Notes under the pieces: generated by a model
Told to the model about the DNA's origin: nothing
Seen by the model: the letters and a program-made list of their open reading frames with translations, nothing else
Databases searched by the model: none
From: Octopus sinensis
Lineage: Eukaryota
Length of the DNA stretch: 64,000 bases
Assembly: GCF_006345805.1 (NCBI RefSeq)
Contig: NC_043002.1
Location: 6,138,001 to 6,202,000 of the forward strand
Direction: 5' to 3'
In this document: in pieces, positions 40,375-54,713 of the stretch
Layout: each line of letters starts with the position of its first letter
Position numbering within the stretch: position 1 is the first letter of the stretch
Position numbers and translations under genes: made by a program

Positions 40375-41200
40375 CATGAGAAAAAAATAAACAGGACACA
40401 GTCCCGCACTTCTTCATTATAATATTGGTATATACAATATATAGAATTTAGGGAAAGGGAAATCCCAAGAATGGCTGAGAAGTTCAGGACTCAAAGTAGA
40501 GAGTGAAGTATTTTTAATTGCAGCACAAGAACAAAGCCTCCCCACAAGAAATTACCAAAAAAACTGCAGAATATGTGGAGATGGACAAGAAACAATAAAT
40601 CATATTGTCTCTGGCTGCCCAGTCCTGACTAAGAAGGAAGATATTCACAGACACGATAGAATTGGGATCTATATAGATTGGAAGCTATACCAAGAATATG
40701 GAATATCAACAGAAAAAAGATGGTATAGACACACGCCAGAAAAGGTTACAGAAAGCGAGAATGCAACCATAGTATGTGATATGCTAATACACACAGAGAA
40801 ATTAAGGCTTTTAGGCCGGATATAGTTGTCAGAGATCATCAAGAAAAAGAATGCTTTCTAATCGATGTATCAATAACAACAGAGGACAATGTTCTCTAAA
40901 AGAAACTTTCAAAATAGAGGTAACTTGAATGTGAAGTCTAAAAACAGAAACAATTCCTATCGTAGTAGGTGTATTAGGTATGATAAAAAAAATATTCAAA
41001 TACATAACAAAAACATCAGGACTAACAAGTATATATAACATACAGAAAATAGCACTACTAGGCACCGCACACATCCCACATAAAACACTTTCAATACAGT
41101 AAAAATAAGAGCATCAGAACAAACCACAGCACATATCCAAGGTACACAGAGCTGCGCTCGGTAGTGCAGTGAAAGCACATAATAAAAATAAGACTACTGA
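40375..41200 (+). pseudogene. R4/Dong-like RLE retrotransposon, 5'-truncated
   Basis: CRICGDGQETINHIVSGCPVL zinc knuckle, HDRIG, RPDIVV...LIDVS, IQKIALLGTAHI; ends in TAA repeats. Confidence 0.9.
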
Positions 41201-41210
41201 ACAATAATAA

Positions 41211-41848
<638 letters not shown>

Positions 41849-41859
41849 TGATGATAATA

Positions 41860-42040
41860 ATAACATACAGAAAATTGCACTACTAGGCACTGCACACATC
41901 CTACGCAGAACACTTTCCATACAATAACCATCAGAGCATCACGACAAATCACAGCACATACCCAAGGCACACAGAGCTGCGCTCGGTAGTGAAGTGAAAG
42001 CACCCTATAAAAATAAAACTACTGAATAATAATAATAATA

Positions 42041-42078
<38 letters not shown>

Positions 42079-42140
42079 TAAGAAATGGAAGCAAATTTGA
42101 AAGAAGAAAAAGAAAGTAATAATAATAATAATAATAAATA

Positions 42141-42208
<68 letters not shown>

Positions 42209-42396
42209 TAATAATAATAATGATGATGATAATAATAACATACAGAAAATTGCACTACTAGGCACTGCACACATCCTACGCAGAACACTTTCCATACAAT
42301 AACCATCAGAGCATCACGACAAATCACAGCACATACCCAAGGCACACAGAGCTGCGCTCGGTAGTGAAGTGAAAGCACCCTATAAAAATAAAACTA

Positions 42397-42439
<43 letters not shown>

Positions 42440-42494
42440 TAATAATAATAATAATATAAGAAATGGAAGCAAATTTGAAAGAAGAAAAAAGAAA

Positions 42495-42530
<36 letters not shown>
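41860..42530 (+). repeat. Tandem duplication of a Dong-like 3' stub plus (TAA)n
   Basis: Two copies of IQKIALLGTAHILRRTLSIQ + 3' UTR + aagaaatggaagcaaatttgaaag; period about 375 bp. Confidence 0.9.
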
Positions 42531-43858
42531 CTTTGAAATTTTGTACAAGGCCAGTAATTTAAAGTGGATGGATAAATTGATTATATAAATTCCAGTGTTT
42601 ATTCATTAAGGATTAAGAGCCGAGTCAACGTCGATGGAATTTGAACTATCACCGTAAAGAGCCGGAAGAAATGCCCCAACGCATTTTTTCGACCTTCTAA
42701 TGATATCAATACAAAATTAATTCTAAGAGAACAAAGACAACCACAAGACGTATATAATAATTCAAACGCAAAAAACATTAATAAAAAAAATCGAAACGTC
42801 GGTCGAAATAGTAAAAATAAAACAAAAGTGGACATTTCTCAATTTTCTACTGCACCAAAGCAGATCGAGTGGCTTATATGTCAAGCAACAGTATAAACGT
42901 CGATGTAAGTTTGAGGACTTAAGAGAGGAATGAAAGATATGTGCAGGGTGGTGAGAGAGAGAGAGTGAGAGAGAGAGGGTGATGGTAATGCAAGCAACAA
43001 TACTATCAATTAATAAAAAGTATAAACGGAAGCAAACAATACAAAATCGAAATGAAGAGCAGTAAAACAATTACAAAATGAAATAAAATGTGATAAAAAA
43101 AACGACAAATAACAAGAAATCAATAATTAGCATAAAAACAGTAAATAAATTTTCGTTTTCTGCTTTATTTCTTTATTTTATGTTGAAGAATGTAGAAAGT
43201 ATGAAAAAAAAAGGGTGAAAGGAAAAACAATTTTAGTTAAGAAAACCCGAAAAAAAAACTTCTTGTTTCGAGTGGGGTGAGACGGATGAGGTGGTGTTGG
43301 CTGAAGGGGGTATTTTTATTGTGTTTTTTATATTCTTATCTGAAGAAGAATTAATTGTTTGTCTTCGCTTGGCTGAGTTTTTTCATTTATTGCCTATCTT
43401 GCTTTTTCATTAATTTCGAAGTAGTTGTCAGATTTTCGTAAAGGTAAAAAAACAATAAACAAATAAATAAATAAATAAATAAAACAGAAACAAAAGCCAC
43501 TCTAATAAAAAAAATAAAAAGACAGAGAAAGAAATGTAAATAAAAACACAACAGGAGCCGCAGTGAGGGGGGGATAGGATAAGATAAAACTTATAAAGAC
43601 ATAAAACAAATATGAAAGTAAAACATAAAAATAATAAATTTGAAAACAAAATAAAGAAAAAACTGCAAGACCTAAAAAGTAAAAGCAAAATAAAAAAAAA
43701 TAAAAGAAATACCCTTCCCAAGAAATGTTAAACCATCTGGGTTAAAGAAAATATGAAAAGAGCTGAAGTGTAATTTTGCTTTGGTCATTGGGGAGAACAA
43801 TAATCGAAAAGATATTTTGGACGGTTCTAGAACACTTCGTTGTGTCATCGTCACAATG

Positions 43859-44025
43859 CTAAATACGTTGACTTCCTCTTGACATTGAAGTCCTTCTACG
43901 ACATAGGCAGTCAATCGGTTTTATAGTTGCGATATCCGCTTCGCAACAACGATGTTCCGATTTCGATCTACGTGACAACTTGGTCATGTGTATTTCTGCA
44001 ATAACATCGAGACGGTCCAAGCGTT
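43859..44025 (-). CDS. Candidate terminal coding exon of an unidentified host gene
   Basis: Long polypyrimidine tract + CAG acceptor, one open frame (RLDRLDVIAEIHMTKLSRRSKSEHRCCEADI...SQRI*), non-repetitive sequence; no partner exons confirmed. Confidence 0.3.
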
Positions 44026-44291
44026 CTGAGAGAAATTGAGAACGGAATACTAAGAAAATATAGAGAAGACAGTCAGTGTGATGGAATGGGTTCTACGCGC
44101 TCTTCAGAAGTTGATTTCAGACATTACTTGCATTTCAGTTAGTTAGGCGAAGGGAAATCTGTTACAGCGAAACCAACGACGTTTCCAGAATAAGAATATC
44201 AAGCAAGATCTAATAATCTGTAGCTCACCAAACTCGGGGGTCCTGCAAATATTTATAGACGGCTCTAAGTCATAAATATAAATATGCAAAC

Positions 44292-44344
<53 letters not shown>

Positions 44345-44482
44345 TTAATTTCCAAATTTATTCCTGTCTAATCTTATCCTCAATTTTTGGTGGTTATAGA
44401 ACTTAGCTGTTCTTTCTAGCGCGTAGAATCCCTATAAGTGGATTCTCTATGTATTAAATATACACTATATCGTATATATATA

Positions 44483-44528
<46 letters not shown>

Positions 44529-44734
44529 TTTAATATCCACAAAGATCAGAACTTAATTTCAGCTCTTGGTGGCCCAAATTGGATATGCCATCTATTTGGC
44601 TGTCTTTCGAAAACATTATATGGCTTAAAAAGCGACATCAGATGCCATGATGGTTCTAAGATGTAGGTACAGGTGGTCAAACTCTGCATAAAGCGTAGAC
44701 AACCAATATATATATATAACAATAATAATAATAA

Positions 44735-44845
44735 TATTAGGGAGTAAATCCAAACTTACAGGGAAAAATTAGATTTAGGATTAAATCAAATTTCACAGCA
44801 TAAATATAAATTAGATTAGAGATAAAACCACTATTAGGCAAATCA

Positions 44846-44850
<5 letters not shown>
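44735..44850. mobile_element. TA-flanked module (10195/47765 family)
   Basis: Sequence match to both other copies. Confidence 0.75.
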
Positions 44851-44879
<29 letters not shown>

Positions 44880-44880
<1 letters not shown>

Positions 44881-45025
44881 AAATAAGTCAAGATAGAAAA
44901 TGCTAAAATAATTTTATAAAAAACATTTCAGTACCGGTTTCAGTCATTCAGACTTTTTCAACTGTAAGTATGGAAAAAATTAAATTTGGAAAAATGAAAA
45001 GAAAAGGTTTTAAAAGAATATATGC
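44880..45025 (-). mobile_element. TA-flanked pLTR-like module with decayed hammerhead
   Basis: CAG-UUGAAAA-AGUC UGAAU GACU-GAA-ACCGGU-A-CUG at 44927-44967. Confidence 0.55.
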
Positions 45026-45158
45026 ATAGTGTTCAAATACAAGTGGTATTTTCCTTGTTTCTGCCTGTTTCTGTCTCTTGTTTACTCTTGTGGGTTCGAG
45101 GTCGTTGTGAATTCTTGGTAGGGAAGTAGAAGAAGAAGAAGAAGAAGAAGAAGAAGAA

Positions 45159-45229
<71 letters not shown>

Positions 45230-45232
<3 letters not shown>

Positions 45233-45305
45233 ATTGATAGCAATGGTAAGACAACAAAGGAATGAAAGACCTCGATATTATGTAAACAGAAGAATTTATC
45301 AAATA
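45230..45305 (-). mobile_element. 3' end of a relative of the 10470/15386 module
   Basis: gataaattcttctgtttacataatatcgaggtctttc resembles 10652-10690. Confidence 0.6.
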
Positions 45306-45335
45306 CATATGCATATATATATATGTTTTCTAGCA

Positions 45336-45382
45336 AAAACTGTCCGATGAACGGCAACGGGAAACTCAGAGTAACAGGTTTT
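45336..45382 (+). ncRNA. Minimal hammerhead-like motif, U4C core, in a TA-flanked module (45323-45412)
   Basis: AAAACUGU-CCGAUGA-A-CG GCAA CG-G-GAA-ACUCAGAGU-A-ACAGGUUUU. Confidence 0.65.
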
Positions 45383-45414
45383 GTTGAATTTTCTGCTGCT
45401 TTAAATAAAGTATA

Positions 45415-45499
<85 letters not shown>

Positions 45500-45500
<1 letters not shown>

Positions 45501-45792
45501 TAGGGGAAGTCAAAAATTATCCACACTTTTGCCATATGCCAGAAGGTAAAGGTGAACCGGTTCACCATTACCATCTCTCGGATCACTTGTCTTATTCTTC
45601 TTTGGTGCACATTGCTAGTGCAGCGGCCATGCTTACACTGTAAATCCAGAAAGAAAAATGGCACGATCAGTCTCAAACTTCGATCATGTGACCACAATAT
45701 TACCAACCATAAGTACGCATGCGCAGAGGGCAGTGTGACAAAATTTAAGAAATGTTATGGCGAAAGTGCGGATAACTTTTGACTTCACATCA
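45500..45792. mobile_element. Tc1/mariner-type MITE
   Basis: TIRs CTAGGGGAAGTCAAAAATTATCCACACTTTTGCCATA vs reverse complement TGATGTGAAGTCAAAAGTTATCCGCACTTTCGCCATA; TA on both sides. Confidence 0.8.
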
Positions 45793-46533
45793 TATATATA
45801 CATACATATATATATATATTTATGAATGCATATATATCTTTGTGTGTGAGTGCATGAATGCATAGATACATACGTACATACATATATACATACATACATA
45901 CATACATATATACAAACATATATATATATATGTGTGTGTATGCATGTATATACATATATATATATGTATATATATATATACATATATACATGCATATATA
46001 CATATATACATACAAGCATAATTTTACATATAGCTCACATATACGCACACATGTATATATGTATGTGCGTGTGTGTTTTTTTGCGATGTGCATGTATGCA
46101 TGTGAATCCGATGAAAGTTTTTTTTCCGTTATACTATCTATTATTTTGCATCTACACCGTTACCATGGATCTTTATTTTCCTTCTTCTGCACAAGTTATA
46201 CTTAACAGCAAAAAACGTATGGTTTCGCTCAAATGAGCTTAATATAAACACGAATGTTTTGAACATATGCAAATACGCCATCACGTAAATACTACACTAT
46301 GCACATTCATATACACTAACGCGCACGTGTTATTTGGTATGTATATAAGTTACACACACACATCTCTCGCGCGCGCACACACATACGGATAGGAAGAGGT
46401 TTATTATGGCTGTTATTGATGTTGTTGCAGTTGTTGAGAGGATGGTGGAGTTGGTTTTTATCTCTCAACTTGAAAAAAATTCTCTCAATAATTGTTTATG
46501 CATATGGCCCGTGCAATATATTAACAGAGAGGA

Positions 46534-46762
46534 AGGCGGTGAGCTGGCAGAAACGTTAACGCGCTGGGAGAAGGGTAGCTGTATTTCGTCTGCCATTACG
46601 TTCCGGGTTCAAATTCCGCCGAGGTCGACTTTGCCTTTCATCCTTTCGGGGTCGATAAATTAAGTACCAGTTACGCACTGGGGTCGATGTAATCGACTTA
46701 ATCCGTTTGTCTGTCCTTGTTTGTCCCCTCTGTGTTTAGCCCCTTGTGGGTAGTAAAGAAAT
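46534..46762 (+). mobile_element. SINE family B
   Basis: Full-length; 15-bp TSD ATATATTAACAGAGA. Confidence 0.95.
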
Positions 46763-46982
46763 ATATATTAACAGAGAAGTCATCTCTCTAAAAGACAAAT
46801 CTCTTTCACTTGGTCATTGCTTTTGTTTTCTTTTGTTTCTGTTTCCTTCTTCTTGCCTCTTTCTCCCTGTCTTCCCATACATACATGCACCCATTTATCC
46901 ATCCATCCATCCACCCACCATCCATTCATCCATATATATATGGAAAAAATTTCTAATACATGTGCGTATTTCTGTGTACACA

Positions 46983-47034
<52 letters not shown>

Positions 47035-47193
47035 TGTGCACCACATTTTAGATATTCCTAACTCTCCCTACCCCAAAAAAACCATTTTGACAAGTTGCAT
47101 CCAGATGTAGACCCAATACTTTTTTTCTCCACTGTGTACATGCAAATATCCATATTCATACAAGCTTGCACACATACTCACACACACAAACTC

Positions 47194-47242
<49 letters not shown>

Positions 47243-47307
47243 GGAGAGAAAGGAGAGAGAGAAACTCACACACACATACAGAAACACTCAAAAAGAGAGA
47301 GAAAAAC

Positions 47308-47348
<41 letters not shown>

Positions 47349-47381
47349 CACACACACAACACACATATATATATATTATAT

Positions 47382-47421
<40 letters not shown>

Positions 47422-47714
47422 AAAACACTCTCACACGCGTATATGAATAAATGCATGAAAACAAAATCGCCATGTGTCTAACATCTTCAGGTTTAAGTTT
47501 AGGCTGCAACTAAACGTTATTATGTTATTCCTCGGTTCTTCATTTCTAATATCACGCATATCATGCCCTACTGAATTACTTCGACGTTTCTATGGTAACT
47601 AAATCGCAGTTGGCTTGAAGTAACTCTGAAGGAATCGAAATGCAAGGACTCTAAGATATACATATATCTATATCTATCTGTCTATGCTGTAGTTGTGGTT
47701 TTTTGTATATGTAC

Positions 47715-47764
<50 letters not shown>

Positions 47765-48020
47765 ATAAATATAGGAAATATCCAAATTTACAGGAAAAAA
47801 AATCAGATTTAGGATTAAATCAATTTTATAGTAAAATATTATAAAATATTATTTGAGACAAAACCACTATTTTGCAAAACAAACAAGGAAAGACTTAATC
47901 AATACATAAAATTTAATAAATAGTCATTTTTGACTATTTTGACTATTTATTAAATTTTATGTATTGATTAAGTCTTTCTTGTTTGTTTTGCAAAATAGGG
48001 TTTTGTCTCAAATAATATTT
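47765..48020. mobile_element. Foldback TA-flanked module
   Basis: Inverted arms 47843-47926 and 47941-48020. Confidence 0.85.
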
Positions 48021-48232
48021 ATATATATATATATATTACTACTAATATAGGATGAAGTTTTTCTACAGAAAAAAAATTCAGCAAAAAAAATGGCAGCATA
48101 TTAAAATACCTTTAAAGGTTAAAATTATAAACAACTTAAAAACAAGGGCAAAAGAAAATTATTTCTATGCCAATATGCTGATAACAGACTTTTAAATCGT
48201 CAATTTCCACATATTATATACCCACTACAGAA

Positions 48233-48331
<99 letters not shown>

Positions 48332-49403
48332 TATATATATACGTACATAAACAAAACAACACAACTACAGCAACGACATCATCGCTATCACAAAATATTT
48401 AACAATAATACAAAAAATAAAGTATCTAAAATAATATTGCTCATACAATATCAAACAATCCAGGCGTATCAATGCGTGAATGAACTTATGGAAAAGACAA
48501 ATATTGTGATAGACACCAAAGTAATTTCTGAATAGAACAGAAAAGATGGCTGTCATTTTGCATCATGTATAATACTTCTTATGTCCTTATACGTCACGCT
48601 CGCCTGAGATTACAACTAGAGCCTTTACTTGGTCATTCGCTCTGCGTGAAATATATGAAAATCCTCCTCAAATCACATGCACTATCTTTTAAAAATTATA
48701 GCAGAACTTTTGTTAAATTCAAGACTGTTGGGATATGTTTTGAGAGTTATTTCATCGCCAACGAGCCAATGAGGAAACAATAAACAATTGTAGAGGCCTA
48801 TATGCAGTCGCTTCATCTGCTAGAAACAGGAGTTATATCTTCCTCTGTTCACGCTCTACCGTTTTAGAAATAGAAATACGTAGTAAGGTATATTGAAGGG
48901 TTTTTCCACGAGAAAAATTATTTCGATAAAGGCTGGGCTAAATAACGACAGCACTTAGAAAGAAGTACCTTAGTTAAAGTTATTTTAGATAACGTTAAGG
49001 CGGACGGTCAGCACTGGCAAAGATTACAGAGTTACGAACGTTAACAAATTCGTGGGTCCAAGGTATCCATTGGTTGGGCTGACTGCACCTATGGGAAAAA
49101 TTTAATTCATAGACGACAAGCGGTTGCCTATCAGCACGTTTCCTTTCTAGACATTTTCAAAAATATACAATAACGCACTGCGGTCCAATTAGATGCATGA
49201 AGAGTACTTCACCAATCTGCCAGGGTAACGTGATGCTTTTATCTGTTTTTTTTTCTCTTTTTTTCTTTCCTTCTTGCATCTTTCTCCGTCACTTCCCATA
49301 CATACATATATACACACATCCATCCATCCATCCATATATACATACATACTTACATCGTATGTACATATGTACGTCCATCCATCCATCCATCCATCCATAC
49401 AAA

Positions 49404-49945
49404 CATACAAACAATGCCGTTCATAAATATACTTATGAAAACCCCTCTGTTATGGAATACATTCATAAACACCAACTCAAGGAATATTGGTGGAATATTC
49501 CCATCAAAACGTCTGCCAAACGTAAACATTACAGGCTGAATATTATTATTTGGGACAGAAGGGTAAAGGTATGTACCATCATAGGGGTCAGCTGCCTGCT
49601 GATATATATATATCTTTGAAAATCAAAGGAAAGAGGATATCTATGGACAACTGCTTCGAAGCCTTCAGCTTCTACATCCAGAATATGAATTTGTATTCAT
49701 ACCAATAATAATTGTAGCACTAGATTTTGTTAGTAAATGTATACAGGAGAATCTGGATAAATTAGGATTTTCAGAAAGAGAAATCGACCGGCTAATTCGT
49801 ACATTACAAGTGCAATCAGTGAGTGGAACAGTAAAAATATGCAAGACTTTTCTCAGGTTCCAAATGTGAATTTGTCTGTTTTAACTTCATCCCAAAGATG
49901 GAGTCTTGTATCTTTGTTGGAAATCGACTCCCTCCTCAGTGGAAG
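49404..49945 (+). pseudogene. Second, divergent RLE (R4-like) retrotransposon 3' fragment
   Basis: YWWNIPIKT...YRLNIIIWDRRVKVCTIIGVSC, then KEDIYGQL...FIPIIIVAL...LQVQSVSGTVKICKTFLRF*; ends taataat. Confidence 0.8.
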
Positions 49946-49980
49946 ATTTATAATAATTACAAAATAGAAGAGACGTATGT

Positions 49981-50018
<38 letters not shown>

Positions 50019-50505
50019 TGTGTGTGTGTATGTGTGTGTGTGTGTGTGTATGTGTGTGTGTGTATAGACGAATTACGCCAATAAAAGATGGATCATCGTG
50101 GTTTAATCCTTTAATTATGAGTCTTCTCGAACGGCACAACAAAAACAACAATAATACCTGCTGGTCATTTAAGGGACAATGAATAATTTCAAACCATCAT
50201 ATGAAAGAAGCTAATCTAAGCGAGAAGCTGATTTGAAGCAGCTAATCGTGTAGAGATTTCTTTTATTCTTAGGTTAGTTAGTCATGGCCATACTGGAGCT
50301 TGGCACCTGTTTCCAAGGTTAGTTGACTGAATGTGAGCCTAATCCTAATTTCATCAACGGTTGAAGGTGGAAAGGGAAAGTTGACATGCGTTGGATTCAA
50401 ATTAAGAACGTAATTCGATACACGTAGTTCTGTCGACATTATATGGAGGGCAAAATGATTCTGCCGTCCGTATGCTGACTTCACAAACAAACACACACAC
50501 ACACA

Positions 50506-50557
<52 letters not shown>

Positions 50558-51820
50558 TCACGCACGTGCGTATGTACACACACACACATAACGAGCCTCC
50601 GCTCAGTTACCGACAACGACCTTTCATTCATAAAACCTAGTCGTTCTGCTGTAATGATATAAGAAGCTTACTAAAGGTGTTGCACTATAGGATCCAACTA
50701 AACCATTACTATGGCTTCTTATCTTCAAAAGATGTGATCTTTCGTACGAGGCTCAAGTGCTAGCGGAAAATCCCGGTAGCCTATTGTTGTTTTCACCCAT
50801 ACTTCGTTATCTCGCCTGGTTACGGTTTTGTGATACGGGGCATCAGTTTAATCACCTTCCTTTCCTATACATGTTCTGTTCTGAAAAAGGAGGGAATGGT
50901 GGAATTTCTGTAACTTGTGCGTCTGTTTCCGGCGAATAATATTCCACTGGATGCAGTCTTGTACACGACAAGCATATTGGGGTAAACCATTTCTGTATTG
51001 AATTCAAGAAATTGGGATAGAATTTAACGCTCAATGATCTGCTATTCTGACACGTTGAACCCAAGCTAGCCTTGAGCGATCAGACTTTTGATCAACGGAA
51101 TTCCGTTTTAATCATGTTAATCTTTTTCCTATGCTTAATGCATCCAAGATCACAATATCTAATCTATTTTCTTCTTTTCTTTCGTAGATGATAGGATGTG
51201 AATTGAAAAATTTTTAGCTGGTCGAGGTATCGTATAGAAACTCCTGCATTTGTTTTGTGATAATTATCGCTTAGAATGTTGTTGCATGATTTCCAGTTGA
51301 CTCCTCTCTGTTGCATAGACCATACATGGTAATTTCCAGTTTACCTTGGTCTCAGATCGACGATACTTGCGATTCAATAGTCAAGAATTATCATACTATG
51401 TCATGCTGATACTACTTATGAATCACATTAAGCGTACATGTTCTATGGAATACTCAGTCACTTAGCACACTACTACAACATATGTACACATTCAGACACA
51501 ATGCTAGACAGATTATTCAACCAAATCGCAATAATATCTGATGAATTCATTAAGTAGGTCCTACGACGAACGTGCAGCACCGCGGAAGATGCGTGGAAGC
51601 TGTAAGCGGTGAATGTGCTCTCAAGGTGTTAAGACAGTGAATTAAAATCTATTTTAATTCAGTACTAATTCAGTAAGCAAGTATCAGAGTTGATTGAATA
51701 TCTGGAAGCTCAGGAACCAAGATCGATAAGAGAGTCCATCATTTCTGCGTAATATGAAAGTATTACAGTTAAATGGGGGTAGTGGGGAAGTGTATAGAGC
51801 ATTTACTTAAATTTTTTTTT

Positions 51821-52203
51821 TGGAAGCACTCCGTCGGTTACGACGACGAGGGTTCCGGTTATTCCGATCAACGGAACAGCCTGCTCGTGAAATTAACGTG
51901 TAAGTGGCTGAGCACTCCACAGACACGTGTACCCTTAACGTAGTTCTCGGGGATATTCAGCGTGACACAGAGAGTGACAAGGCCGGCCCTTTGAAATACA
52001 GGTACAACAGAAACAGCAAGTAAGAGTGAGAGAAAGTTGTGGTGAAAGAGTACAGCAGGGATCACCACCATCCCCTGCCGGAGCCTCGTGGAGCTTTAGG
52101 TGTTTTCGCTCAATAAACACTCACAACGCCCGGTCTGGGAATCGAAACCGCGATCCTATGACCGCGAGTCCGCTGCCCTAACCACTGGCCATTGCGCCTC
52201 CAC
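51821..52203 (-). mobile_element. SINE family C
   Basis: Full-length; A-tail; 12-bp TSD ATTTACTTAAAT. Confidence 0.95.
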
Positions 52204-52411
52204 TATTTACTTAAATGTAACTTGATCGAACTAAGAATGCAAACAACCGGAACAATTACAAGGACTATGTCCGGCGCTCTAACAACTCTGCCATTTCACC
52301 CCCCCCCCACTTGCATATGCTAGTGCAGAAGAAATATTAAGTTCTAACATAAGCGCAGTACCATACGGCTTTTGCGCAAAGTTTCGTTATTTCTAGTAGC
52401 CGATTGACACT

Positions 52412-52622
52412 CGAGCTGGCAGAAACGATAGCACGCCGGGCGATGCGTCTGCCGTTACGTTCTGAGTTCAAATTCCGCCGAGGTCGGCTATGTCTTTCAT
52501 CCTTTCGGGGTCGATAACTTAAGAACCATTTACGCACTGGGGTCGATGTAATCGACTTAATCCGTTTGTCTGTCCTTGTTTGTCCCCTCTGTGTGTAGCC
52601 CCTTGTGGGTAGTAAAGAAATA
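52412..52622 (+). mobile_element. SINE family B
   Basis: Match to family B with an internal deletion. Confidence 0.9.
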
Positions 52623-53653
52623 TATATTATCGAGTGAGACCGGCCAAATATAAAGTGACCTCGTCAGAGTGTGAACTCAGAAATGTCGCTCATCTTTAAG
52701 TTGATATGTATATTAAAAAAAAACGATCAGTTTGAAATAATGCTTTGAAACCCTATAGTTTTAGACACTATCTACCACGCCTATGACGTCAAACTAAGTC
52801 TTATGCGTGATATTTGCGTAGACAGAAATTGCGGTAATATGCGAAATGAAATCTTTTAAAATTCCACTCTCCATTTCCTCTCTCTCCCCAGACCCTTACA
52901 AAGCCTTGCAAAGAAGGTCATGTGCGCTGCCCTTCTTCTAATTACCCCATGAAAAAAAGGTGAAGAGTAAATATTGATTTGTAGCATTGCTCACATCGAT
53001 GAGCGACCACGATTTATTTTTCCGTTGTGAAAGAAGGTTATTTTCAATTAAAATGACCTCAGTATTTGACTAGTATTTTATTTTATCGGTTCTGGAAGGA
53101 TGGTTGACTTTTGCGCTTGATACACCCAGAAAGTAACTAAACATTGCAAGGCATTTATGTCCGACCCTCACACTTCGGCCAGTTTACTGTCAGTGCACAT
53201 TAAATATTTGTTCTATTGTTCGATTCTTAGATGACGTTTGTCCTTGTGGCCAGAATTTACATTTTCATGTATAAAATATACCGAGGTAGTTCTCACTTTT
53301 TACCAGAACCATTACTGGTACATACTGATGTCAAGATAATAATCATAAAGAAATATGTTGCATTTACAGCTGCTGCCAATCTCGATAATTTTGTATAGCC
53401 TCAAGTAAATTCTGACAGTCATTCTATGTAAAAAAGTATTTCAGCCAAGATATTTGTGCCGTTATTAAATTCTGCTGGTCGTTTGTGATTTGCTTAGTTG
53501 GTGATTTAATATAATAACTAATAGGTTTCTTACATGTAATAATTAAAAATTTTCAAGTAACAATTGGCCGGAATTTTAAAGAATGAATACATACAGTTTA
53601 TATAAATAGTATAATCAGTTATACCGTTGCCAGATCTAGCAACGAGGAGTTGT

Positions 53654-54038
53654 TGGAAGCACTCCGTCGGTTACGACGATGAGGGTTCCGGTTGATCCGA
53701 ATCAACGGAACAGCCTGCTCGTGAAATTAACGTGTAAGTGGCTGAGCACTCCACAGACACGTGTACCCTTAACGTAGTTCTCGGGGATATTCAGCGTGAC
53801 ACAGAGAGTGACAAGGCCGGCCCTTTGAAATACAGGTACAACAGAAACAGCAAGTAAGAGTGAGAGAAAGTTGTGGTGAAAGAGTACAGCAGGGATCACC
53901 ACCATCCCCTGCCGGAGCCTCGTGGAGCTTTAGGTGTTTTCGCTCAATAAACACTCATAACGCCCGGTCTGGGAATCGAAACCGCGATCCTATGACCGCG
54001 AGTCCGCTGCCCTAACCACTGGGCCATTGCGCCTCCAC
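53654..54038 (-). mobile_element. SINE family C
   Basis: Full-length, nearly identical to 51821-52203. Confidence 0.95.
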
Positions 54039-54221
54039 AGCAACAATGAGTAGGTATCTTAGATAATAGACACAGCGGCGCGGGAAGAGAATACGGTACT
54101 GAGAAAACTAAAGGCTGGTATTGAAATCCCCAACAGCTCAGGTTACTGCCAACCTAAAGGGAATAGCAGAAGACAATAAGTAGAAAATTCAAAATTCGAT
54201 CAATTTAAATAATTCTTTCTA

Positions 54222-54604
54222 TTATAGGCACAAGGCCTGAACATTTTGGAAAGGGGATGAGTCGATTACATCGACCTTAGTGGTTCATTGGTTCTTAATT
54301 TATCGACCCCGAAAGATAAAAGGCAAAGTCGACCTCGGTGGAATTTAAAGAATGTAGCAGCAAACGAAACACCTATTTCTTTACTACCCACAAGGGGCTA
54401 AACACAGAGAGGACAAACAAGGACAGACAAACGGATTAAGTCGATTACATTGACCCCAGTGCGTAACTAGTATTAAATTTATCGATCCCTAAAGGATGAA
54501 AGGCAAAGTCGACCTCGGCGGAATTTGAACTCAGAACGTAACAGCAGGCAAAATACCGCTAAGCATTTCGCCCGGCGTGCTAACGGTTCTGCCAGCTCGC
54601 CGCC

Positions 54605-54606
<2 letters not shown>
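54222..54606 (-). mobile_element. Two abutting SINE family B copies
   Basis: Partial copy 54222-54350 and full copy 54371-54606. Confidence 0.9.
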
Positions 54607-54662
<56 letters not shown>

Positions 54663-54681
54663 TGATGATGATGATGATGAT

Positions 54682-54713
<32 letters not shown>

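Noticed and set aside
47580-47625. 46-nt minus-strand micro-exon (LLQANCDLVTIETS), faintly like a glutamate-receptor segment
   Set aside because: Too short; splice-like signals arise by chance; its phase does not join directly to the 44025 candidate.
51821-54038. Segmental duplication explaining two near-identical family C SINEs
   Set aside because: The flanks differ and one copy has its own TSD, so these are independent young insertions.
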